Below, piece by piece: positions 9,101-16,317 of a stretch of 64,000 nt of DNA; position 1 is the first letter of the stretch, and each line of letters begins with the position of its first letter. The stretch comes from a bacterium (GTDB taxonomy: Bacteria; UBA10199; 2-02-FULL-44-16; JAAZCA01). A program made the position numbers and the translations under genes. The stretch covers positions 800,001 to 864,000 of the forward strand of contig CAXXGI010000003.1 of assembly GCA_963674695.2 (NCBI GenBank), in the 5' to 3' direction. The notes beneath the pieces were generated by a model, which ran no database searches, was not told the DNA's origin, and was given only the letters and a program-made list of their open reading frames with translations.

Positions 9101-9393
9101 CACCGAACATCCTCTTTACAGAGGCCTGGATACGCATGCGCCATCCCGAGCGGACCGAGGGCTTCGAGGAGAGGGCAGCTCAACGCTTTACCACCGCACA
9201 TCAACTCCTCCAACGCCCCCTCGAACCGATCGGGGACGCGCAGAAAAACGCCGCCGCGCTCGCGATCATCGAGGGATTCAAGACCTTCCTCGATGCCGCA
9301 CAGGATGAGAAGGCCCTCGAAACCCTCGGCGATTTCCTCGGCCCAGAGGAAGCGGCACAGATATTGGCCGTCGCGAAGAAGTTTCAGCGATAG
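6148..9393 (+). CDS. Large alpha-helical orphan protein (1081 aa) with an acidic N-terminal leader and internal ~76-aa repeats
   Basis: Long ORF with GAGGAG RBS, 38 nt after the previous stop; no recognisable enzyme motif. Confidence 0.8.
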   Translation: MSSVIHHMTSLPFALAPDASETDVAFAYADEAMETEDFDASAFVAEGSDETGMAASSWGSEWHTATLLKESPAWVKTIPLSRRDMTPDEGGHRTTAAFAPPPPNTAVRRASEQDDRTLRMVIRNLMDDFNVHTSSSIDIRGRIIHALPWTDVRPFYMALLVRIAQDRYDGSAAQFKQVLQYAGSHWKQERRTILGADTFDYNDGHPLPSSVLADTDIHLNVRDTTQPFLDAILPRITDDDAIERKQAITALTLILESADAHGDKCWQRTIISSIRDFRHSQGFPASLLADIAIHVSHRDAIALFTDIISPRMHSNDRALREEACAAFTRVKRHADKHWHRNDIKRLEGGNSISNKQIISPSGDATSSNVSINIATVLNEAAPIVEGMLKESMSITSEIHTSFTNGTSAHTTHITLHPRHPSQKVDARISGPVRTLTDASQTSRLNNIIPRINCGNAKIQRIARDEFLGVLQEMHTEDNRTHSCAALTRLLNESSDLPRDFLIQIAALAPEGTFDSILFGFLKKNIAAQWDKNAPSPFPDQIPEGKTITAMIDIAFEPIEVYRSSLKQLTDIVSRGPKAAAEFDSVLDEHNFSHPLDGIYLAENHTLKRAFAGYLSQTRDTSYDAWHPLMQISTEARHSVLKPPFQQALSTFAKNNTSPHLIPLSVRLALELTPRTPHLTQLAHHLSHQQWDELAGLLRNSIRTFDDTARDTIAAEFLHAHNDRHFSMPNPCYAGALIAATQAETRAKLLRILIERRAWTEIQEPLNQLRAADTPDIDDLNAIVLQAAKTQTVPFELLETIPAAHEESKKWLDAVGFGQQGSVHEDPVRWYEINTAQALIGFLVKWTFAPSIESSPLSRFQAQREMRRAKTTLTELALAHARGEGHGVLTIRNVVNALAKSLDRDPVGDQIEEILEGESSEEALKTLLRSSLPTLLIVWRKRMQAMAFDPPLLHEAPPSPLRLFTDAASIRNRMDTLAAEQEEPLAPNILFTEAWIRMRHPERTEGFEERAAQRFTTAHQLLQRPLEPIGDAQKNAAALAIIEGFKTFLDAAQDEKALETLGDFLGPEEAAQILAVAKKFQR

Positions 9394-9489
9394 ATCACAG
9401 CACACCCCCCAAAACGAGGATGTCTCTTCCTGCCTGTGGATACATGAAATGAAACAATTATGAGAACCTGTCGGGGAAAGGGCTATAGC

Positions 9490-9560
9490 TGTCATTCCCG
9501 CGAAGGCGGGAATCTCGAAGCACTTGATAAATCGAGATTCCCGCCTTCGCGGGAATGACA
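9490..9560. repeat. REP doublet: perfect 29-bp inverted repeat TGTCATTCCCGCGAAGGCGGGAATCTCGA
   Basis: 9490-9518 is the exact reverse complement of 9532-9560; each arm is itself a hairpin. Confidence 0.92.
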
Positions 9561-9634
9561 AAAATCGGCGAAAGCGTCATTTCCCGGCAGACTCTCATGA
9601 CGGAGGATTCAATAGGGAAAGAGACGTCCCGCGG

Positions 9635-10666
9635 TCAGATTGTCGACTCGCCCGCGGCCAGCTGTCCGCAGGCGGCCAGTATCTCGGCACCGCGACTGAC
9701 ACGCACGTTGGTCTGAATGCCGCGATCGAAGAGGACCTGTGAGAAGCGCTCGATCGCCGCAGGCAGCGGAGCGTTGAGGTCGGACCCCGGGAAGGGATTG
9801 AAGGGAATGAGGTTCACCTTGGCCGGCACGCCATGGAGCAGCGCAACGAGTCGATTCGCATCGGCGACCGTGTCGTTGACACCGCCAATGAGGACATACT
9901 CGAATGTCACGCGATGCCGGGAATGTTCGGCGTAATCGCGGCAGAAGGCCATGATTTGAGCGATCGGATACTTCCGATTGATCGGCATGATCCGATCGCG
10001 CACCGCATCGGTCGTCGCATTCAGCGAAATAGCAATCTTAATCTCGTAGCGCAGGGGAAATGCCTCGAGCTCCGGGATGAGCCCCGCGGTCGAAAGCGTG
10101 ATGCGGCGTTTGGCGAGATTGAAGGCGCGATCGTCAATAAAGACTTCGATGGCATTGGTCACGGCCTCAGCGTTGGCCAACGGCTCCCCCATTCCCATGA
10201 GGACCACGTTGGTCACCCGCGCCGAGGAGCTGCGCATGATCGCGAGGAGCTGACCGAGAATCTCCCCTTGAGTCAGGTTGCGTTTAAACCCCATACGCGC
10301 CGTTCGACAGAAGGCACAATCCATCGCACAGCCCACCTGCGTGGAGAGGCATACGGTGATGCGATCCCCGTCGGCGGGGATGAGGACGCACTCGATGGCC
10401 TGGCCATCGCGCGTTCGACAGAGATACTTTTGCGTTCCATCAGCGGCCGAGAGCGTCTCCTCGAGCGCGATCGCATCGATCACGAAACGCTCCTCAAGCA
10501 GAGCGCGCGCATCCTTCGAGAGATTGGTCATCTCCGCAAAACTCGTCACGCGTCGCTCATAGAGCCACGCGATGATCTGACCCGCCGCAAAACGCTTGAG
10601 GCCAAGGTCTGCAACGACCAGGTCCGGCAATTCATTCAAGGGAATGTCAGTGATGGCTGGTTTCAT
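9635..10666 (-). CDS. rlmN: 23S rRNA m2A2503 / tRNA m2A37 radical-SAM methyltransferase
   Basis: CLSTQVGCAMDCAFC, MGMGEP, ISLNA, FEYVL, VNLIPFN and ILAACGQL motifs. Confidence 0.97.
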   Translation of the reverse strand: MKPAITDIPLNELPDLVVADLGLKRFAAGQIIAWLYERRVTSFAEMTNLSKDARALLEERFVIDAIALEETLSAADGTQKYLCRTRDGQAIECVLIPADGDRITVCLSTQVGCAMDCAFCRTARMGFKRNLTQGEILGQLLAIMRSSSARVTNVVLMGMGEPLANAEAVTNAIEVFIDDRAFNLAKRRITLSTAGLIPELEAFPLRYEIKIAISLNATTDAVRDRIMPINRKYPIAQIMAFCRDYAEHSRHRVTFEYVLIGGVNDTVADANRLVALLHGVPAKVNLIPFNPFPGSDLNAPLPAAIERFSQVLFDRGIQTNVRVSRGAEILAACGQLAAGESTI

Positions 10667-10704
10667 GGATGCTCGATTGAGAGTGATCGTTATAAAAAGC
10701 CGAC

Positions 10705-10756
10705 CTGGATCCCCGATTCAATCACTCCCGCCAAAGGCGGGCAAGCGGGGATGACA
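10705..10756. repeat. REP-like hairpin (GGATCCCC...GGGGATGACA) with a nested hairpin
   Basis: Same ends as the copies at 18409 and 40258. Confidence 0.8.
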
Positions 10757-10804
10757 ACACAAAAAGTACCTTGAACATTTCCCCAGGAGACGCCATGGCC
10801 CCTG

Positions 10805-10877
10805 CGCCGCGAGGGGAAATCAGATGCGTCTGGAACAAGCTTCACCTGTGAAGATGTATCTGATTTCCCCGGGAGGC
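10805..10877. repeat. Conserved-flank hairpin element, copy 1
   Basis: CGCCGCGAGGGGAAA-[self-complementary stem]-TTTCCCCGGGAGGC; flanks identical to the copy at 11658. Confidence 0.8.
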
Positions 10878-10908
10878 GCCCTGGCATTTGCGCCTCAGTG
10901 ACCCGGCT

Positions 10909-11601
10909 CTATTCCTCGGCAAAGATCGGCAACGTTGGGAGTTCGGTCACGCGTTTGACGCAGAGGCAATCGACTTGCGCGTGCGTCCCATCGGGGTCGA
11001 CGAGCACCGGCGTCATGCCGACTTTTCGCGCGCCGACGACATCGATCCGATAGAGGTCGCCCACATAGACGGAGCGCTCGGCTTGCACGCCCATCTGCTC
11101 CATCGCATGCCGAAAGATCCGCTCGTCCGGTTTGTCGAAGCCGACCTCGCCGGAATCGATGATGACGTCGAAGCGGTCGGTGATGCCGGCGTGTTCGATG
11201 AGCTGCTTGATCTGCCCCTCGGCATTGGAGATGACTCCGAGACGATAGTTTCGCCCACGCAACCAGTCGAGCATCTCGATGGTCCCTTCATCGCGACGCG
11301 ACCAGAAGAGGTGCGGCTCGGGATGCGTGCGCACGACTTCCGCAATGCGCAGGAAATACTCCTCCGCGATGCCAACGAACCGCATCCACCTACGATAGGC
11401 CTCGATCCAGAGCTCATGATGGTCGAGCTTCCCCACCGTGCCATCGCGCACGAGCGAACGCTTGGTCATATCATGGGCGCTGGCCAACCGCTCGACCGGG
11501 ATCGTCAGATCGAAGCGCTCGCGCAGAAGCCTCTGAAAAAAATCATAGTTGAAGAAGAAGAGCGTGTTGCCGATGTCGAAAAAGACCGCGTCGTACTGCA
11601 T
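10909..11601 (-). CDS. HAD-IA family hydrolase (phosphatase)
   Basis: FFDIGNTL, VISN, KPD and YVGD..D motifs; start MQYDAV after GGAGG. Confidence 0.93.
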   Translation of the reverse strand: MQYDAVFFDIGNTLFFFNYDFFQRLLRERFDLTIPVERLASAHDMTKRSLVRDGTVGKLDHHELWIEAYRRWMRFVGIAEEYFLRIAEVVRTHPEPHLFWSRRDEGTIEMLDWLRGRNYRLGVISNAEGQIKQLIEHAGITDRFDVIIDSGEVGFDKPDERIFRHAMEQMGVQAERSVYVGDLYRIDVVGARKVGMTPVLVDPDGTHAQVDCLCVKRVTELPTLPIFAEE

Positions 11602-11608
11602 GGAACCT

Positions 11609-11641
11609 CCGTAACTCGTAACTCGTAACTCGTAACTCGTA
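11609..11641. repeat. Heptamer tandem array, ~4.5 x TCGTAAC
   Basis: Directly visible; abuts the RBS of the HAD gene. Confidence 0.9.
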
Positions 11642-11657
11642 GAACCCATGATGGTGT

Positions 11658-11729
11658 CGCCGCGAGGGGAAAACCGAAACCATTTTTACAGGTTCATCGG
11701 AAAAATGGTTTCGGTTTTCCCCGGGAGGC
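11658..11729. repeat. Conserved-flank hairpin element, copy 2 (perfect 22-bp stem)
   Basis: GGGGAAAACCGAAACCATTTTT-13 nt-AAAAATGGTTTCGGTTTTCCCC within the same flanks as the copy at 10805. Confidence 0.85.
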
Positions 11730-11749
11730 AACCCGATATTCGCGCCGAT

Positions 11750-13096
11750 TCACGAGCAATAATCGGCCACCTCATCGACGAGTTCGTCGAGCAGGCCGAA
11801 GGTGTGGGCGACGTCGAGAATGGTGTACCTCCCTCGGATCGCCATTCCAAGGTGCAACGCGTCGCAAAATTCCTGACGAGAAATGCCCAGCTCGGAAAAA
11901 CGCGTCTTGGCCCCCGCCTGCATCAGGGCATCGCGCACCGCTGCCGCCGGCATGAGCATGGGCGAGAGCGTCGCGCGGATCGCGTCCCAGGAAGAGACGA
12001 GCCGATCACACCCGGCCTCGTAGCTCACCCGATCGGGACGCTTCTTTGCAAATTGCGCCAGGATCTCATCCGACTTTTCTCCGAAGAGAGCACGCACATC
12101 CTGACGAAGTTTCTCACCCCGCTCCCAGGCCGTGGCGAGCTGCTGCCGATCCACATCGGCAGCAGCCGTTTGCATCATCCGCTCATAGATAAAGGCCGAG
12201 GCGATGGAACCGATGCCCACCTGCGCCCCGTGAAAGTCGTGTGCGGTCCCGGCATGCACCCAGCGCATGTCGAGGAAGTGCGAGACGAGGTGTTCCGCAC
12301 CCGAGGCCGGCGACGAACTACCCGCGATGATCATCGACACACCCGAGAAGACGAGCGCTTCTGTCATCGCCCCGATCGCTCGTCGGTCGCGTCGTGCAAG
12401 CCCCGCCGAATCTCGAATGTAGAGCGGCTCCAGGTCGCGAATGAGGGCAAACGGCCGCGGGCAGAAGTGCTCGCCGGTGTGAATCGAGGAGAGCTTCCAA
12501 TCGGAATTGCAAAAGGGTTTGGAGAGCAGATCGCCGAGCCCTGCGCGGATCATCTCCATCGGCGCCGCACACAGGATGTCGGTGTCGGCGACGACCGCGA
12601 CAGCTGGTTGGATGGGGATGGAGGTCTTGAGCCCCTTGCTGATGATGGCGACGATAGAAGAGGCATAGCCGTTCATCGAGGGCGCGGTGGCGACGGCAAT
12701 CTGTGGCAGACCGTGGCGCGTCGCGGCGAACTTGCCCAAGTCGGTGATGCTGCCCGAGCCACAGGAGATGAGCACAGCATCGTCGGCGCGCACGCGCGCG
12801 GCGACCGCTTCGGCCGTCTCATCGTCGACGCGCGGACATCCCGACACGATCTCGACGCGAACGGCATGCCCCGCATCGCGAAGGATCGCTTCGAGGCGCT
12901 GGCCGGCGATACCGAAGGTGATCTCGTCGGCGAGCAACAAGATCGGCCCGCCCAGATGCAGTTGTTTCAGGAGATCGGGCGTGCGTGCGAGCGCACCCGG
13001 TTCGATGATCGCTTCGCGCACGGGAACGGTGTGTTCTCGACCACATTCGCACGTCCACGTCGAACCCAAAAGCGCATGTCTCTCATCTGTGGCCAT
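11750..13096 (-). CDS. sn-glycerol-1-phosphate dehydrogenase (bacterial AraM/EgsA type)
   Basis: CECGREH N-terminus, GSGSITDLGK, TAPSMNGY, AGLGD..K, SSPASGAEHLVSH, HGAQVG and RYTIL motifs. Confidence 0.9.
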   Translation of the reverse strand: MATDERHALLGSTWTCECGREHTVPVREAIIEPGALARTPDLLKQLHLGGPILLLADEITFGIAGQRLEAILRDAGHAVRVEIVSGCPRVDDETAEAVAARVRADDAVLISCGSGSITDLGKFAATRHGLPQIAVATAPSMNGYASSIVAIISKGLKTSIPIQPAVAVVADTDILCAAPMEMIRAGLGDLLSKPFCNSDWKLSSIHTGEHFCPRPFALIRDLEPLYIRDSAGLARRDRRAIGAMTEALVFSGVSMIIAGSSSPASGAEHLVSHFLDMRWVHAGTAHDFHGAQVGIGSIASAFIYERMMQTAAADVDRQQLATAWERGEKLRQDVRALFGEKSDEILAQFAKKRPDRVSYEAGCDRLVSSWDAIRATLSPMLMPAAAVRDALMQAGAKTRFSELGISRQEFCDALHLGMAIRGRYTILDVAHTFGLLDELVDEVADYCS

Positions 13097-13107
13097 CACC
13101 CTTCCCT

Positions 13108-16092
13108 TCAGATCTTTCCGGAACGAAGCGCTGCGAGCAGGCGCTCCAGGTGCACGTGATATTTTTGGGGCAACTTGACGAAGAGCTTGTCGGTCGAGTC
13201 CGCCTCGACATGTCGACGCGCAGCCGCGATGTAGTCATCGACCTTGAGCCCCAAACGTCGAATCGATGCGCTGTCGGCGCCCTCGCCGGAGAGCCGTGCA
13301 ACGGCCGCCTCACGATTCCAGTCCACCTGCGACAGAGAACGATAGACCATGCCGCGCACGTGGTGGGTGAGCGTCTTGGAACCGACCGCATACCCCAGGC
13401 GCCCCTCGGCGCGGGTGAGGTTGAAACGCGTTTCGCGCAAAACCGCAAGCTCCTTGAGCTCCTCCTGATCCTCGTCCCCCTCGTTCGAAGCCAAGCCCTG
13501 CCCGCCCACCGCCGCTCGAATCTCCGCGGGCAGATGGCGTCCCTCGATGCGATCGTTCCCCTCGAAGAGGGCGGCATCGAAGGCCTGATCGATGCTGCCG
13601 GAAAGTTCGCTCACGTTGTAGCGATCGAACCCGTATCGACTCAACGTACCGATCACCTCCGGCGCCATGGCGACCGTTCGATGATCCTGCCGATTGCGTC
13701 GCGCCAGGAAAAAGGCGGCCAGCCCCTCGATATCCTCCGGGCGCTGCGCGAGCGCCGGAACCCGCACCATGCCGCGCGACTGAATGCGACGCAGAAAATC
13801 CGCGCGCATGCGACCGGCATGCACGAGTTCCTCGAGCGGTTCGTTGGTGGCGAAGAGAAAGCGTGCGCTGGTTGTGCGCGGCGCCCCCCGCCCCGCCGCG
13901 GGATTGAACGGACGTCCCTCCAGCGGCAACAGGAGCAGCTGCTGCGCCTGCAGCGGGATGAGTTCGACCTCATCGAAGAAGAGCGTGCCCTGCGTATACT
14001 CCTCGAGAATGCCGCGCTGCCCCTTGGCATCGATCCCGTGCAGACCGCTGCCGGCGCCATAGCCGAAGAGTTTTCCCAAGACCACGAGCGGATCGCCGGA
14101 GGCAAACTCGGCACAGTTGAACTCGCCAAAGGGTTTGTCCTGGCGGGAACTCAGCGCATGGATGCTGCGCGCGATCCCGGTCTTTCCCGAACCGGTGGGA
14201 CCCAAAACGACCACCGGCTCGCGATCGCTGGCGCGAATAGCGGCATCGCGCAGACAACGGAGCCAGGCCGGCGAAGAACCGATGGCGATCGTGTGGCGCA
14301 GATGCCCAAATGCGGGATGATCCGCTTCCATGCCGGTCAGGCGCCCGGCCAGCTCTTCCGTCACGGCAGGGTCATACGATTCTCGGCTCGGCAACGGCAC
14401 CCGGTCCTTGAGCTCGACCAGGCGCTCCTTCTGCGCCATCTCGCGCCCGAGGCGTTCGATCGATTCGGCCACCGGCCGAATCTCACCGTCGGCGCCTTCG
14501 ACCGTGACCGCATCCCCTTCGCGCAGACTCTCGACGGCATGCGAGAGCACATCGAGCGGACGCGCAAAGCGACGGCGCACGAACCAGGCGGCAAAGCCGG
14601 CGATGGCCAGCGCACAGACCAGGGCGATCATCTGCATCAGCACCGCACGGCCAACGGCGTTTGAAACCGGCGCAAAGGAGATGCCCACCTCGAGCGTGGC
14701 CCGTCGACGCCCGCCGACGACGATCGGATCGAGAACGGTGACGACATCGGGCATGAAGCGTTCATAGGCATGGGCCCGCACCGCATCGAGCACCGTTGCC
14801 CCTACCTCGCCCGCGCGATCGGAGGCGACGATGCGCCCATCCTGCACGACGCGCGCCCAGGCGACCGCATCGTCCTGCACCGCCTGCACAATGATCGGAT
14901 CGACCCCCTCGGAAGAGGCGCCCGCCATGGCGGCGACCAGGCGCAGGTTGAGGTTTTCCAGATCGCCCACCTTGCCCGCGGCATAGGTGTCGATCGAGCC
15001 GGAAAGCAGCGCCAGCCCATAGGCCGTCATCACCACGATCAGGAGCAGCACCCCCGCGCCCACGGCCACGCCAACAGCACCGGCCAGCCGGCGACGGATG
15101 AACAACCCCACGGCCACGAGCAGGATGACGACCACCAGCACCGATCCCACCATCCAGACCCGAGCGCGACGCTTGGCCAGATCGACGCGTTCGTCGAAGA
15201 TGGCCGGAATGCGCCGGTAGGGGATGGCCGTGTGCAGGATCGGCAGCGTTTTGGATGCGTCGGCATAACGCCGAATGGCATCGAAGGCCGATTCGGGCTG
15301 TACCACAAAACGTCCCACCTCGGTGATGCGCCGCAGATCGGCGGGCACCTCCGCTTCATAGGAGAGAAAGGCCTGCCGCAGGCGCGCCTTCATCTCGGGG
15401 GAGAGCGAGGTGCGCACCGTGATCGGGCCCATCGGAATGGGATCGGACTGCGCCACGACCCGGAGGGATGTGCGCTGCGCCTCATCGAGCAGAGCGACGA
15501 AGAAGTCGCCAACCGCCGCGGCATCGACCGCCCCCTCCATCACCGCGTCCAAGGAGCGATCGTGGGAACCGGTCAGGACGATGCGACGGAAGAAGGCACC
15601 GGGATCGGTCACTCCGGCCTGCGCGATCATCGTCCGGGGCAGGAGGTATCCCGAGGTGGAGAGCGCATCGGTCAGGGCCAGCGAGCGCGACTGCAGGTCT
15701 TCGATGCCCTGGGCATCGTCGTCGGCGCGAACGACGATGACGCTCCGATAGGTCGGACTGCCCCGGCGTTCCTCGCCGACGAGGATCTCGGCCCCGCCCG
15801 CGGCGATGGCCTCCACGTGCGTGAGTGCGCCGCCCTCGAAGAGATCGATCTCTCCGCTTCGAAGGGCACCGATGAGGTCCTGATAATTTTCGCGCAGGAC
15901 CATCTCGACCGGGCGACCGATCGCACGCGAGAGATAGTCCACCAGCGGAATCCACTGGCGAACCACCGCTGCCGGACTGCGGCCGCCGACAAACCCCATG
16001 CGCACGGCATCGTCGGCACAGATGCCTGCTCGCGCACTGAAAAATGCGCTTGTGATGAGAGCCCCTACGAGAATTTTCTTCAAGCATCGCAT
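13108..16092 (-). CDS. Fusion: signal peptide - PhnD-like phosphate/phosphonate-binding domain - TM helices/HAMP - AAA+ sigma54-type enhancer-binding domain - HTH
   Basis: YRSVIVVR, D..STSGYLLP, GSHD and VDAAAV (PhnD family); several TM segments; Walker A GPTGSGKT, NCA, LFG, Walker B LFFDEVE, ATN, RADFLRRI. The start at 16092 yields a signal peptide. Confidence 0.88.
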   Translation of the reverse strand: MRCLKKILVGALITSAFFSARAGICADDAVRMGFVGGRSPAAVVRQWIPLVDYLSRAIGRPVEMVLRENYQDLIGALRSGEIDLFEGGALTHVEAIAAGGAEILVGEERRGSPTYRSVIVVRADDDAQGIEDLQSRSLALTDALSTSGYLLPRTMIAQAGVTDPGAFFRRIVLTGSHDRSLDAVMEGAVDAAAVGDFFVALLDEAQRTSLRVVAQSDPIPMGPITVRTSLSPEMKARLRQAFLSYEAEVPADLRRITEVGRFVVQPESAFDAIRRYADASKTLPILHTAIPYRRIPAIFDERVDLAKRRARVWMVGSVLVVVILLVAVGLFIRRRLAGAVGVAVGAGVLLLIVVMTAYGLALLSGSIDTYAAGKVGDLENLNLRLVAAMAGASSEGVDPIIVQAVQDDAVAWARVVQDGRIVASDRAGEVGATVLDAVRAHAYERFMPDVVTVLDPIVVGGRRRATLEVGISFAPVSNAVGRAVLMQMIALVCALAIAGFAAWFVRRRFARPLDVLSHAVESLREGDAVTVEGADGEIRPVAESIERLGREMAQKERLVELKDRVPLPSRESYDPAVTEELAGRLTGMEADHPAFGHLRHTIAIGSSPAWLRCLRDAAIRASDREPVVVLGPTGSGKTGIARSIHALSSRQDKPFGEFNCAEFASGDPLVVLGKLFGYGAGSGLHGIDAKGQRGILEEYTQGTLFFDEVELIPLQAQQLLLLPLEGRPFNPAAGRGAPRTTSARFLFATNEPLEELVHAGRMRADFLRRIQSRGMVRVPALAQRPEDIEGLAAFFLARRNRQDHRTVAMAPEVIGTLSRYGFDRYNVSELSGSIDQAFDAALFEGNDRIEGRHLPAEIRAAVGGQGLASNEGDEDQEELKELAVLRETRFNLTRAEGRLGYAVGSKTLTHHVRGMVYRSLSQVDWNREAAVARLSGEGADSASIRRLGLKVDDYIAAARRHVEADSTDKLFVKLPQKYHVHLERLLAALRSGKI

Positions 16093-16163
16093 GAGAGCGC
16101 CTTCGTAACCGTCACCAGGGGCATTGTCAACGACAGCGCGTCGCAGAACGCAATCCCACAGCC

Positions 16164-16270
16164 GATGCCACGGTTTTGCCATCCCTTCCCACACCGCCCC
16201 TTCGAAGGAATTTGGAAATGCCATTATAATTCAAGCGATTAGAAACGACTCCCTTGGCCCGCCCCTTGCA
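16164..16270 (+). promoter_or_regulatory. sigma54 promoter module for the MFS transporter: candidate UAS, IHF site and -24/-12 element
   Basis: TGGCCCG-CCCC-TTGCA at 16255-16270 (GG-N10-GC); ATTCAAGCGATTA at 16229-16241 (1 mismatch to WATCAANNNNTTR); imperfect palindrome GATGCCA-N6-TGCCATC at 16164-16183. Confidence 0.75.
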
Positions 16271-16317
16271 ATAGTGCCGGGCAACAAAACCCTTAACCGC
16301 AGACGACAGGAGCCTTC

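Noticed and set aside
16167-16182. Second GG-N10-GC match (TGGCAAAACCGTGGCA) on the minus strand
   Set aside because: Poor -12 context and it coincides with the palindrome; better read as an activator site than as a promoter.
13108-16224. Start of the activator fusion at 16224
   Set aside because: The extra 44 codons overlap the divergent promoter region; the start at 16092 gives a proper signal peptide.
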